Notes: generated by a model from the letters alone, not told the origin. 64,000 nucleotides of DNA from Candidatus Komeilibacteria bacterium RIFOXYD1_FULL_37_29 (GCA_001818495.1 MHKS01000005.1:250038-314037), one strand, 5' to 3'; positions 16,161-24,265 are shown, counted from the first letter of the stretch. Made by a program: numbers and translations.

Positions 16161-16233
16161 ATGAATCCCGTTAGAAATTCAAATTGTATTACTAATGGGA
16201 TAATATAAACAAGTATAAATTTCTAACGGGATG
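16161..16233 (+). promoter_or_regulatory. perfect 15-bp inverted repeat (atcccgttagaaatt / aatttctaacgggat) abutting the nrdR start codon; the left arm lies inside a mini-ORF MNPVRNS...
   Basis: Left arm 16165-16179, right arm 16218-16232; nrdR ATG at 16231. An ATG at 16161 opens atg aat ccc gtt aga aat tca... (15 codons). Confidence 0.5.
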
Positions 16234-16704
16234 AACTGTCCGGTTTGTGCTAATAAAGATACTAAAGTAGTAGACTCTCGTCTGGGTGGCGAGGGTTTTA
16301 GTATTCGCCGTCGTCGTTTATGTGCCAAATGTAGTTTTCGTTTTTCTACAGTGGAAAAGATGGAAATCTTGGATTTGACCGTGATCAAACGCGATGGTCG
16401 TCGGGAAAATTATAATAAAGAAAAATTAATCAGAGGTCTTAGAACATCTTTAGAAAAAAGACAGTATTTGGAGGATGATTTTTATAAATTGATCAACGAG
16501 ATTGAAAAAGATATTCAAAAAGACGCTAAAAACGAGATAACTTCTAAAAAAATTGGTGAAATAGTCATGAAGCAGCTGAAATCTTTTGATCAGGTGGCTT
16601 ATATCCGCTATGCTTCAGTTTATCGGTCTTTTAAAGATGTCCAGACATTTCAAAAAGAACTCAATCAACTACTGAGAAAAAAGAAAATCAGGCCTCGCTT
16701 GTAG
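16231..16704 (+). CDS. nrdR: transcriptional repressor NrdR
   Basis: Canonical N-terminus MNCPVCANKDTKVVDSRLGGEGFSIRRRRLCAKCSFRFSTVE (zinc ribbon) followed by an ATP-cone region. Confidence 0.95.
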   Translation: MNCPVCANKDTKVVDSRLGGEGFSIRRRRLCAKCSFRFSTVEKMEILDLTVIKRDGRRENYNKEKLIRGLRTSLEKRQYLEDDFYKLINEIEKDIQKDAKNEITSKKIGEIVMKQLKSFDQVAYIRYASVYRSFKDVQTFQKELNQLLRKKKIRPRL

Positions 16705-16716
16705 GCTACGGTCGAG

Positions 16717-16751
16717 GGAAAATAGTTATCCACTTGTGGGCTATTTTTTTT
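16717..16751 (+). terminator. putative intrinsic terminator after nrdR
   Basis: Imperfect hairpin gaaaatag..ccac/gtgg..ctatttt followed by a T8 run (16743-16750). Confidence 0.5.
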
Positions 16752-16779
16752 CATGTTAAGATCATATTACTTTGACAAT

Positions 16780-16952
16780 TCAATCAGGGAAGTGAGGTGT
16801 GAATCCTCTACAGTCCTAGCTACGGTAAGCTCCATGCAAGTATTATGGGGACAAGTCCGATACCTGAGATATTTGCTTTCTCCTAAGGAGAGAAGAGCTA
16901 AATTTATTAACCAATAACTTTAACTCTGCTTTTCTTAGGGCAGAGATTTTTT
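16780..16952 (+). promoter_or_regulatory. cobalamin (B12) riboswitch-like leader with terminator expression platform
   Basis: aatcaGGGAAgtgaGGTGtgAATCCtctaCAGtCCtaGCtACgGTaagc (16783-16830) matches the conserved cobalamin-aptamer core (GGGAA..GGTG..AATCC..GC.G.CC..AC.GT). A B12-box-like agtccgatacctg lies at 16854-16866. Terminator hairpin ctctgc/gcagag plus T-run at 16924-16952. Confidence 0.6.
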
Positions 16953-16978
16953 GTATATAATTTATAATTTAAAATATT

Positions 16979-17065
16979 ATGAACCCCGTTAGAAATTCAT
17001 AAAATATAGCGGGGGAATAAAGAGTAAATATAATATTATGAAAGTTACTAAAATTTTTAACGGGG
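16979..17065 (+). promoter_or_regulatory. second copy of the start-codon-flanking hairpin plus MNPVRNS mini-ORF
   Basis: atg aac ccc gtt aga aat tca taa at 16979-17002. Left arm ccccgttagaaatt (16984-16997) pairs with aatttttaacgggg (17052-17065; 14 bp, one G.U). The loop contains the ATG at 17038. Confidence 0.5.
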
Positions 17066-18837
17066 CGAAAAAAATTATTCTTATTATTTTGGCCATAATT
17101 ACTTTGGTTATTCCCAGTTTGATTTTGGCAGACAATAATACCACCATTAGTTATTTAAAAGGACAAAATCAAAATGCCTGGATTAGTCAGGCTCTTACGG
17201 CTGCTTCAGTAGAAGAAGTGGATATTTCCTATCTAGACTATCAAACTACTGACTTGATGACAGCTGCTAAAAATATTTTGGTTTTAGCCGCTGTAAAATC
17301 TCCGGAAACAGTCAAAATAAATCAGCTAGTAGAAGTTATAGTTACTAGCAAAAATAATGGCCAATTTGGTTCAGTAGATTTATTAAATGATGATTTTTGG
17401 GCTATTTTAGCTTTGGCCTCAGTCAAGCATTTAGATAATACTCAAGATGTTAAAAATTTTATTTTAGAGCACCAAAACAGCGACGGTGGTTGGAGTTGGG
17501 CCAAAAATGGCGCCTCTGATAGCAACGACACAGCCGCCGCTATTATGGCTTTACTTGATTGGGGACTTACTAGCTCATCAACCGAGATCACCAGAGCTTT
17601 GGGTTATTTAAAGAGCGTTCAAAATGATGATGGTGGTTTTGCTTATGATATAGGTAGTCTATCTGATGGAGCTTCGACCGCTTGGATTATGGCGTCTTTA
17701 AATAAAGCAGAGATTAGCGCTAGTAGTTGGCAAAAAAATAATAATAACCCCGTAGCTTTTTTAGAAAATCTTAGACAAGATGACGGGTCATTTTTGTGGA
17801 TGCCGTCTGATGACCACGGTTCTAGTATGGTCACAGCTTATGCTTTATTAGCCCTAAGTGGCCAGAGCTATCCAGTAAATTATATAGACATAGGTACAGA
17901 AGACGAAGAACCGATTTCTGGTCATAGTTTGCGGATTGAAGGGCCAGAGGGCACTATTTGTTTGGCTAGTGGCTTACAGGCCCAAACAGTTTTGGATTTA
18001 TTGGAATTGGGCGCTGAGGTCTGTGATTTTGAATATGTGCTTCAAGACAGCTCTTATGGTACTTATGTTTCGGCTATTGGTGGCTTGAGTGGTCAGGGGA
18101 TGAATGGCTGGCAATATTTTGTCGATTGGCAACCGGCTATGGTAGCGGCTCCTGATTATATTTTAGAGGGTCATCAGGGTGTCTTGTGGGCTTATGGTGG
18201 TTGGCCTTTTTATCCGGTCAGAGTAGAAATAAATAATACCCGTTTTCAAACCGGAGATACTTTGCTAGCTAGTTTCAATTATTATGATGGAGAAAAGTGG
18301 CTACCGCTTGCCAGTCAAGCTGTGATTTTTGGTAGCGATACCTATCAAACAGATAATTTGGGTAAATTTATTTTTACTTTAAACACGGACGGCATTTGGC
18401 CGCTATTTTCTCAACAGTCCGATCAGTATGTTAGAAGTAATCGGGAGTATATTATTGTTGGTAGTGGAGTGTCTAAAGTAGTGGACTTATCAGTCAAAAT
18501 AGAATCTGGTAGTGGTGGAGTAGGTGATAATACTATTGCTTTTAGTATTGATAAATCTAGCATTGATTTTGGTACCTTAAAACCCGGCCAAGCAGCTGAC
18601 ACTATTGTTTCGCTGGTTAATACCGGCAATGTGGATATTCATATTGAAGCCAGTGTCTTGGGTGATCAGCTTTTTCAAAATTTTACTAGCTTAGATCAGA
18701 ATTTATGGGAAGATTATAATATAGCTTTGTCTAGCAGTGCTTCTCGTCCAGTCAATGTCGGATTGTCTGTCCCTACTACTTTTAATACCCCTGGTCAAAA
18801 GGCCGGTCAATTGATTTTTTGGGCCACTAGTCAATAA
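17038..18837 (+). CDS. secreted/membrane-anchored transcobalamin-like protein: prenyltransferase-like alpha/alpha-toroid repeats + DUF4430 (transcobalamin-like C-terminal) domain + Ig-like C-terminal domain; candidate B12-capture protein
   Basis: N-terminal signal/TM KKIILIILAIITLVIPSLILA. Toroid repeats SDGGWSW, DDGGFAY, DDGSFLW. DUF4430-like block SLRIEGPEGTI...TVLDLL...SSYGTYVSAIGGL..GMNGWQYFVDWQPA..APDYILEGHQGVLWAYG. Preceded by the cobalamin-riboswitch-like leader. Confidence 0.6.
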   Translation: MKVTKIFNGAKKIILIILAIITLVIPSLILADNNTTISYLKGQNQNAWISQALTAASVEEVDISYLDYQTTDLMTAAKNILVLAAVKSPETVKINQLVEVIVTSKNNGQFGSVDLLNDDFWAILALASVKHLDNTQDVKNFILEHQNSDGGWSWAKNGASDSNDTAAAIMALLDWGLTSSSTEITRALGYLKSVQNDDGGFAYDIGSLSDGASTAWIMASLNKAEISASSWQKNNNNPVAFLENLRQDDGSFLWMPSDDHGSSMVTAYALLALSGQSYPVNYIDIGTEDEEPISGHSLRIEGPEGTICLASGLQAQTVLDLLELGAEVCDFEYVLQDSSYGTYVSAIGGLSGQGMNGWQYFVDWQPAMVAAPDYILEGHQGVLWAYGGWPFYPVRVEINNTRFQTGDTLLASFNYYDGEKWLPLASQAVIFGSDTYQTDNLGKFIFTLNTDGIWPLFSQQSDQYVRSNREYIIVGSGVSKVVDLSVKIESGSGGVGDNTIAFSIDKSSIDFGTLKPGQAADTIVSLVNTGNVDIHIEASVLGDQLFQNFTSLDQNLWEDYNIALSSSASRPVNVGLSVPTTFNTPGQKAGQLIFWATSQ

Positions 18838-18839
18838 AT

Positions 18840-19406
18840 ATGCTAAAAATTTTCTCAGTTCTATTAGTCGTGTTGTTTGGACTACCTCTCACAGTCCAAG
18901 CCGTTGGTTTGTCTGTTTCGCCGTCTTCTCTGGATATTTTTTATCCGGATGTTTTAACACAAAAAATAAAAATACAAAATATTTCTAGTGAGCCTATAAA
19001 AATCTATGTGCGGGCTGATGATTTTTCAAAAGAGATTAGCTTAGAACCGTCGGAGTTTAATTTGTTACCCCAAGAGATTGCTCTGGTAAATATTTCAGCT
19101 GATTTTAAGCATTTATCAGCCGGTGTTAGAAAAACCAATATTTCTGTTTTGTCCCAAGCTCTAGATAAAAAGAGTTTCAATGCTATCTCTGGTATCAAGG
19201 TGCCAGTCAGTATTTATGTTACGGAAAGTTATTTCAAGTGGTCAGGACCAGCTGTCTTTGTCGTAGTGTTTTTGGGCTTGGGAGTTATTTTTATGCTTTG
19301 GTATTTATTGGTTTATATTTTCCGGCTTAAACCCAAGAAAAATAAATTAGCGGGTTTTAACTTTTTGTTACATCATAAGCGGAAAAAGTGGTATAAATGG
19401 TGGTAA
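18840..19406 (+). CDS. signal-peptide protein with Ig-like/PapD-like body and C-terminal TM anchor (hypothetical)
   Basis: 188 aa. Signal peptide ends ...LPLTVQA. C-terminal TM AVFVVVFLGLGVIFMLWYLLVYIF plus a basic tail. Starts 3 nt after the upstream stop, so probably co-transcribed. Confidence 0.6.
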   Translation: MLKIFSVLLVVLFGLPLTVQAVGLSVSPSSLDIFYPDVLTQKIKIQNISSEPIKIYVRADDFSKEISLEPSEFNLLPQEIALVNISADFKHLSAGVRKTNISVLSQALDKKSFNAISGIKVPVSIYVTESYFKWSGPAVFVVVFLGLGVIFMLWYLLVYIFRLKPKKNKLAGFNFLLHHKRKKWYKWW

Positions 19407-19428
19407 TTTGTTATGATATTTGGAGTAG

Positions 19429-19596
19429 GGAGAGGTAGCAGATCCCGCGTAGCGGGACCCCGCTTTGCGGGGGTGGTTTAGAAATAGTAAGTTGATAATT
19501 TCATTTAGTTTTGGAGAGGTGGCAGCTCCCGCGCAGCGGGACCCCGCTTTGCGGGGGTGGTTTAGAAATAGTAAGTTGATAATTTCATTTAGTTTT
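19429..19596. repeat. two tandem 84-bp units, each beginning with the first 8-9 nt of the downstream tRNA-Ser and carrying twin GC-rich hairpins
   Basis: Units 19429-19512 and 19513-19596 (ggagaggt[a/g]gcag[a/c]tcccgcg[t/c]agcgggaccccgctttgcgggggtggtttagaaatagtaagttgataatttcatttagtttt). Three differences between units. Confidence 0.9.
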
Positions 19597-19686
19597 GGAG
19601 AGGTGCTAGAGTGGTTGAATAGGGTGCTCTCGAAAAGCACTAGTCCTGAAAGGGACTCGGGGGTTCAAATCCCTCCCTCTCCGCCA
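19597..19686 (+). tRNA. tRNA-Ser (anticodon CGA), class II with long variable arm, CCA encoded
   Basis: Hand-folded cloverleaf. Acceptor GGAGAGG/CCTCTCC; D stem CTA/TAG; anticodon stem GTGCT/AGCAC with loop CTCGAAA; variable-arm hairpin AGTCC/GGACT; T arm GGGGG-TTCAAAT-CCCTC; discriminator G plus CCA. Confidence 0.9.
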
Positions 19687-20051
19687 TCCTTCGCTAAAGC
19701 TACGGAATGACTAGCCATATGTTATATTATACTTACATTTTATTAAGCTCAAAATCTCATATTTTTTATTTTGGTTCAACGAATAATTTAAAAAATAGAT
19801 TGGAGCTGCATAATAGCGGCAAGGTAACATCAACTAAATCGCATATACCTTGGAAATTAGTTTGGTATTGTGTATTTGAAACGGAAAAACAGGCAAGAGA
19901 TTTTGAGCTTTATTTAAAAACAGGGTCAGGAAAATCTTTTGCTTATAAAAGACTTATTTCCGTGGCTTTAGAGAAGGATTTCAGGGAAGGGAGAATAGGT
20001 AGTCCGAAGCGGAAGCCTTAGCTTTTGCGAAGGATACCTCCCTCTCCGCCA
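19687..20051 (+). mobile_element. 365-bp GIY-YIG gene cassette bounded by 14-bp inverted repeats and a 15-bp duplication of the tRNA-Ser 3' end
   Basis: cctccctctccgcca occurs at 19672-19686 (tRNA 3' end) and again at 20037-20051. IR-L tccttcgctaaagc is at 19687-19700 and IR-R gcttttgcgaagga at 20021-20034 (1 mismatch). Confidence 0.55.
19707..20021 (+). CDS. small GIY-YIG (URI-domain) nuclease family protein
   Basis: YYTYILL...IFYFGSTNNLKNRLELHN...E...K matches the GIY...YIG...R...E layout of COG2827-type proteins. The start may instead be the ATG at 19719. Confidence 0.8.
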   Translation: MTSHMLYYTYILLSSKSHIFYFGSTNNLKNRLELHNSGKVTSTKSHIPWKLVWYCVFETEKQARDFELYLKTGSGKSFAYKRLISVALEKDFREGRIGSPKRKP

Positions 20052-20158
20052 GATTACCAAGTTTGAACCCAAGCAAAATAAGGGTTTTGTGCTATTGAAA
20101 AGCCGGTGTCCGAATAAGGTGCTGATTTTTTAAAATCCTTATCAAATGAGTAAATTTT

Positions 20159-20167
20159 TGGTAAAAT
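20159..20167 (+). promoter_or_regulatory. extended -10 promoter element (tggtaaaat) upstream of mod
   Basis: A TGn-TAAAAT element 24 nt upstream of the ATG at 20191. The same TGnTAnAAT style recurs at other operon starts in this window. Confidence 0.4.
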
Positions 20168-20190
20168 AGAGTTAATAAGAATAGAATTAT

Positions 20191-22020
20191 ATGTCTAAAA
20201 AAATTGATTACGACAACTGGTCAAAAGATGAGATAATCAAGGAGATTAGGCGAATCAAAGAAACTACATACGGACTTGTGTGGCATCGCGACTTACCTGA
20301 GGAAAAAATTGATATTCTTATAAACCCAGATGCTCGGACTCCAAATGAAATGTTCCCTAACGAAATGGCGGGCAAGCCATTTCCAGTTTTGAAAGAGGCA
20401 AAAACAAAAACAATTGAGACTGATAAAAATAAGCCGACAAATATTTTGATTGAGGGTGATAATTATCATTCTCTTGCCGTTTTGAATTTTACTCATCAAG
20501 AAGCAATTGATTTGATTTACATTGATCCGCCTTACAATACTGGCCACAACGATTTTGTTTACAATGATAAAATTAAAAGCGGTTATGTTGTTAAAGATGA
20601 TCCATTTAGGCATAGTAAATGGATTTCTTTCATGGAAAAAAGGTTAAAACTCGCAAAAAATTTATTGAAATCGTCGGGTGTTATTTTTATTAGTATTGAC
20701 GACAATGAATTTGCTCCATTAAAAATGCTGTGTGACGAGATTTTTGATGAAAGTAATTTCATCTCTATGTTGTCAATTGAAAATAATCCTAAGGGACGGA
20801 AAAACTCCGATTTTATATCTATTTGTAATGATTATTGTCTTATATACGCTAAAGACAAAGGTAAAAGTTATTTTGTTGAAAATATTCCCAAACAAGCTGA
20901 CGACTTAACGATTGATGATAATGGAGACTATGTACACAATAGCGGCAAACGGGTCCTTGTTGGAGAAAATAAATTTAATCCGCTTGTAGAAGATTTTGAA
21001 TCAGCTAAGCATTATAGTGTTTATTACAATCAGACTGATAATAAAATTAAAATAGAGGTGGAAAAAAATATTCACGAGGCAAACAAAGATTTATTAAAAA
21101 ACGGATATAAAAGATACTATTCTTATTTTGGAGACAGATTTGTCTTGAATACTTATACAAAATCAAAAATCATAGAGCTTTTCGAAGATGAGGCTCTCGA
21201 ATTCAAAAATGGGAGTATATATGAAAAAAATTTCAGCACAACAATTAGACTAAAAAGTCTTGTTATCAATAAAAAATATGAGGCAGTAATAAATAATGAA
21301 AAAGCAGAATATCAAATAGATGTTAAAACGACTTCAGCGAAGACTGAATTAAAGGATATTTTCAACACTGACCAAATTCCATTTGATAACCCCAAGAATA
21401 TTGGTTTGATAAAATTATTGGTAACATTATTTGAAAATAAATCAATAACTATTTTAGATTTTTTTGCAGGATCGGGAACGACCGGGCATGCAGTCCTTGG
21501 TCAAAATAAAGAAGATGGAGGAAATCGACAATTTATTCTGTGCACGAATAATGAAAATAATATATGCACTGATATCTGCTATCCCCGTCTTGGAAAAGTT
21601 ATAAAGGGATATAAAAATTCAAGAAATGAAAAAATTGATGGTTTGGGTGGAAACCTGAGATATTTTACTGCTTATGACTTTGTAGAAGCTAAGGAAACAG
21701 ATAGAAACAAAAGAAAACTAGTAAACCAATCAACAGAAATGCTTTGCATTAAGGAAAATGCTTTTGAGCTTGTGCAAGAAGTTGAAGATTATAAAATCTT
21801 CAAGAATCATGATAAATATTTGGGAATTATTTTTCATGAAGATTCTATATCGGACTATGTCAAAGCAATAAAAAAGATAAAAGGACACTTTAATACTTAT
21901 ACATTTTCAATGACGGATGATCCTCACAAAGAGGAATTTACTGATGTTGCGGACAAAGTAACTCTTTGTGCAATTCCAGAAATGATTTTGAAAGTATATC
22001 ATGAGATTTTCAAGGAATAA
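20191..22020 (+). CDS. mod: Type III restriction-modification DNA methyltransferase (Mod, beta-class N6A/N4C)
   Basis: 609 aa. Catalytic IDPPYNTG sits near the N-terminus (nt 20524-20535) and the SAM-binding FFAGSGTTGHAV near the C-terminus, with a variable middle region (TRD). Followed directly by a res-like helicase-nuclease gene. Confidence 0.85.
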   Translation: MSKKIDYDNWSKDEIIKEIRRIKETTYGLVWHRDLPEEKIDILINPDARTPNEMFPNEMAGKPFPVLKEAKTKTIETDKNKPTNILIEGDNYHSLAVLNFTHQEAIDLIYIDPPYNTGHNDFVYNDKIKSGYVVKDDPFRHSKWISFMEKRLKLAKNLLKSSGVIFISIDDNEFAPLKMLCDEIFDESNFISMLSIENNPKGRKNSDFISICNDYCLIYAKDKGKSYFVENIPKQADDLTIDDNGDYVHNSGKRVLVGENKFNPLVEDFESAKHYSVYYNQTDNKIKIEVEKNIHEANKDLLKNGYKRYYSYFGDRFVLNTYTKSKIIELFEDEALEFKNGSIYEKNFSTTIRLKSLVINKKYEAVINNEKAEYQIDVKTTSAKTELKDIFNTDQIPFDNPKNIGLIKLLVTLFENKSITILDFFAGSGTTGHAVLGQNKEDGGNRQFILCTNNENNICTDICYPRLGKVIKGYKNSRNEKIDGLGGNLRYFTAYDFVEAKETDRNKRKLVNQSTEMLCIKENAFELVQEVEDYKIFKNHDKYLGIIFHEDSISDYVKAIKKIKGHFNTYTFSMTDDPHKEEFTDVADKVTLCAIPEMILKVYHEIFKE

Positions 22021-22024
22021 TTAT

Positions 22025-24262
22025 ATGTCATGGATTAATTTTAAAAATTATCAAGAAACTGCAATCGATGAAATACGCGACAAGATTAATGCCCTGCTCA
22101 AAAAAGAGGGTAATAGACTTTGCGTATTCAAAGCTCCGACTGGTTCGGGGAAAACTTTAATGATGGCGGAATGGATGATGAGGTTTTGTGACCCATATTC
22201 GCGAATTGATGGGAAAACTTTTTCTTTTGTATGGATAGCAGTAAATAAATTACATGATCAAAGCCATGACAGTTTAAAAAAGTTTTATGAGCTCAAAGGA
22301 GCGGGGCTTCGTTGTTCATATTTTCACGAACTTGAGGATAGAAAAATAAAACAGAACGAGATTTTATTTTTGAATTGGGCAAGTATCAATAATGAAGACA
22401 AGATTATTGTTCGCGCGAATGAAAGAGATAATAATCTCTCAACAATAATTGATCGGACCAAAGATGCCAGTCGGACAATTATTTTGATTATCGACGAAAG
22501 CCACCATACCGCAAAAAGTAAAAATTCAAAGGCTTTAATAAAAAATATTGACCCTAAAATTACGATCGAGGTTTCTGCTACACCAGAAATTTTTGATTTT
22601 GATGAGCGGGTAACCATTGATATTGAGGATGTACGAAGCGAGGAAATGATAAAGAAAGAAATTGTAGTGAACCCTGGCTTCAAAAATTACACAGTTGATC
22701 CAAAAAAGAACGATCAAACAGCAGACGAATTAATCTTGAAGTCTGCTTTGCAAAAAAGGATTGATTTGCGAAAAAAATTAGAAAAAGATGGTTCAAATGT
22801 CAATCCCTTATTACTTATTCAATTACCGGATACAAAAAAAGGAGTTCCTGATAAAAAAGAGGAGATTGAAACACTTCTTGCTAAATTTGGCTATACAACA
22901 AAAAATGGAAAGTTGGCTGTCTATCTTTCTGAAAAAGATAACAAAATAAATCTTGCTAATATTGAGAAAAATGAAAACGAAGTGGAGGTAATGATGTTCA
23001 AGCAAGCGATTGCACTTGGTTGGGATTGTCCAAGAGCTACAATTCTTGTGCTTTTCCGTCAATGGAAAGATGAAACGATAACATTCTCAATCCAAACATT
23101 GGGAAGAATCATGCGTATGCCTGAGCAAAAACATTATAAAGATCAAGAGTTGAATATTGCTTATCTTTATACTAGTTTACAAGACATTAATACTCGTATT
23201 TTGAAAGGTGCTTCGTCGGGAATAAAATCTCTTACGAGTTATCGCAATGAGAAATATAAAAATATTGACCTAATTTCATATCACTCAAAACGATTCCGTG
23301 AGGAAACTCGTTTGTCTTCTGATTTTGTGAAAATTTTTATCGAAGCCGCTAAAAAAACAAATTTAAAAGATGTTTCGCTAAAAGTCGGGATTGTGAAAAC
23401 AACAATGATCAAAGATGGACGCGTGGAAAATGCGGATAAAGAAATAACAAAGATTGAAAGTGATACTTTTTCTATACCCAAAACAGAGACGGAGCTGCAA
23501 TATACTTTTGATATGTTTGTGCTTGATAATCTTGATCCGTTTGAACATGAAGCCCGTTCTATAAAACGCATAAACGATTCAATTTATACTTTCTTTGGCG
23601 CACGACGCAAAGAAGATGAATGGCCTAAAATACAAGCCACGATACTTTCGTATGAAAAGAATCGCCAAGCTGTAATTGATGCTATTAATCTAGCAAAAGA
23701 TTTATATAAAACCGAAGTTGGAAAAGGCAAAAAAGAACTGATACAAAATGATGAGCCGTGGAATGTGCCAGAAGCTATTAATTTTGATCCGTCATTTGTA
23801 GAGCAAAATTATAAAAAATCTATAATGCAACCATATTACGCTCGTTCTCGGGATGGAGAAAACGGACGATTGTTTGAGGACAGTGAAATTGAAAATGATT
23901 TTATTAAATACCTAGAAAAAGCACAGAAAGTTGTTTGGTGGTTCAGAAATGGGAAACAAGACGGATCATTTTTTGCTGTCCCGCACATTGAACACGGACA
24001 AGAAAAGCCGTTTTATGTTGATTTTATAGTTATGATGAAAAATGGAACTGTTGGGCTTTTTGATACAAAATCAGGATATACTGCCGAACTAGCAAAATCT
24101 CGCTCTGATGGACTTGTAAAATATATTAATGAGCAGAAAAAGAAAAAAATTACTGGCGGAATTGTGAGATACGAAAAGAAAAGTTGGCTATATTTTACTA
24201 ACAAAGAATATAAATATAATCCGAATGATATAAAGGATTGGGAATTTTTGGATTTGAATTAA
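22025..24262 (+). CDS. res: Type III restriction enzyme Res subunit (SF2 helicase + PD-(D/E)xK nuclease)
   Basis: Helicase motifs FKAPTGSGKT, IIDESHH and QTLGRIMR. C-terminal nuclease-like FYVDFIV...GLFDTKSG. The ATG at 22025 has an aagga SD-like element; the alternative start at 22001 overlaps mod. Confidence 0.85.
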   Translation: MSWINFKNYQETAIDEIRDKINALLKKEGNRLCVFKAPTGSGKTLMMAEWMMRFCDPYSRIDGKTFSFVWIAVNKLHDQSHDSLKKFYELKGAGLRCSYFHELEDRKIKQNEILFLNWASINNEDKIIVRANERDNNLSTIIDRTKDASRTIILIIDESHHTAKSKNSKALIKNIDPKITIEVSATPEIFDFDERVTIDIEDVRSEEMIKKEIVVNPGFKNYTVDPKKNDQTADELILKSALQKRIDLRKKLEKDGSNVNPLLLIQLPDTKKGVPDKKEEIETLLAKFGYTTKNGKLAVYLSEKDNKINLANIEKNENEVEVMMFKQAIALGWDCPRATILVLFRQWKDETITFSIQTLGRIMRMPEQKHYKDQELNIAYLYTSLQDINTRILKGASSGIKSLTSYRNEKYKNIDLISYHSKRFREETRLSSDFVKIFIEAAKKTNLKDVSLKVGIVKTTMIKDGRVENADKEITKIESDTFSIPKTETELQYTFDMFVLDNLDPFEHEARSIKRINDSIYTFFGARRKEDEWPKIQATILSYEKNRQAVIDAINLAKDLYKTEVGKGKKELIQNDEPWNVPEAINFDPSFVEQNYKKSIMQPYYARSRDGENGRLFEDSEIENDFIKYLEKAQKVVWWFRNGKQDGSFFAVPHIEHGQEKPFYVDFIVMMKNGTVGLFDTKSGYTAELAKSRSDGLVKYINEQKKKKITGGIVRYEKKSWLYFTNKEYKYNPNDIKDWEFLDLN

Positions 24263-24265
24263 ATT

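Noticed and set aside
16100-17040. NrdR boxes (tandem 16-bp palindromes) near nrdR
   Set aside because: I could not find the acaCwAtATaTwGtgt-type palindrome, and no nrd structural genes lie in the window. The palindromes present are the different cccgttagaaatt family reported above.
19429-19596. Possible CRISPR array
   Set aside because: There are only two units, directly abutting with no spacers. Unit length is 84 bp and the sequence is shared with the tRNA 5' end. No cas genes are in the window.
19368-19710. ORFs 19368-19640 (-) and 19465-19710 (+) spanning the 84-bp repeats and the tRNA
   Set aside because: Their internally duplicated peptide segments simply mirror the tandem DNA repeat, and they run through a well-folded tRNA-Ser. 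They are not coding.
20197-20203. A7 tract at codons 3-5 of mod as a phase-variation switch
   Set aside because: Homopolymers of this length are common in this AT-rich sequence. No longer simple-sequence repeat of the kind typical of phase-variable Type III mod genes is present.
22001-22024. ORF-track start of res at 22001, overlapping mod by 20 nt
   Set aside because: The ATG at 22025 is in frame, non-overlapping and has an aagga SD-like element. 22001 remains a possible alternative, but no feature supports it.
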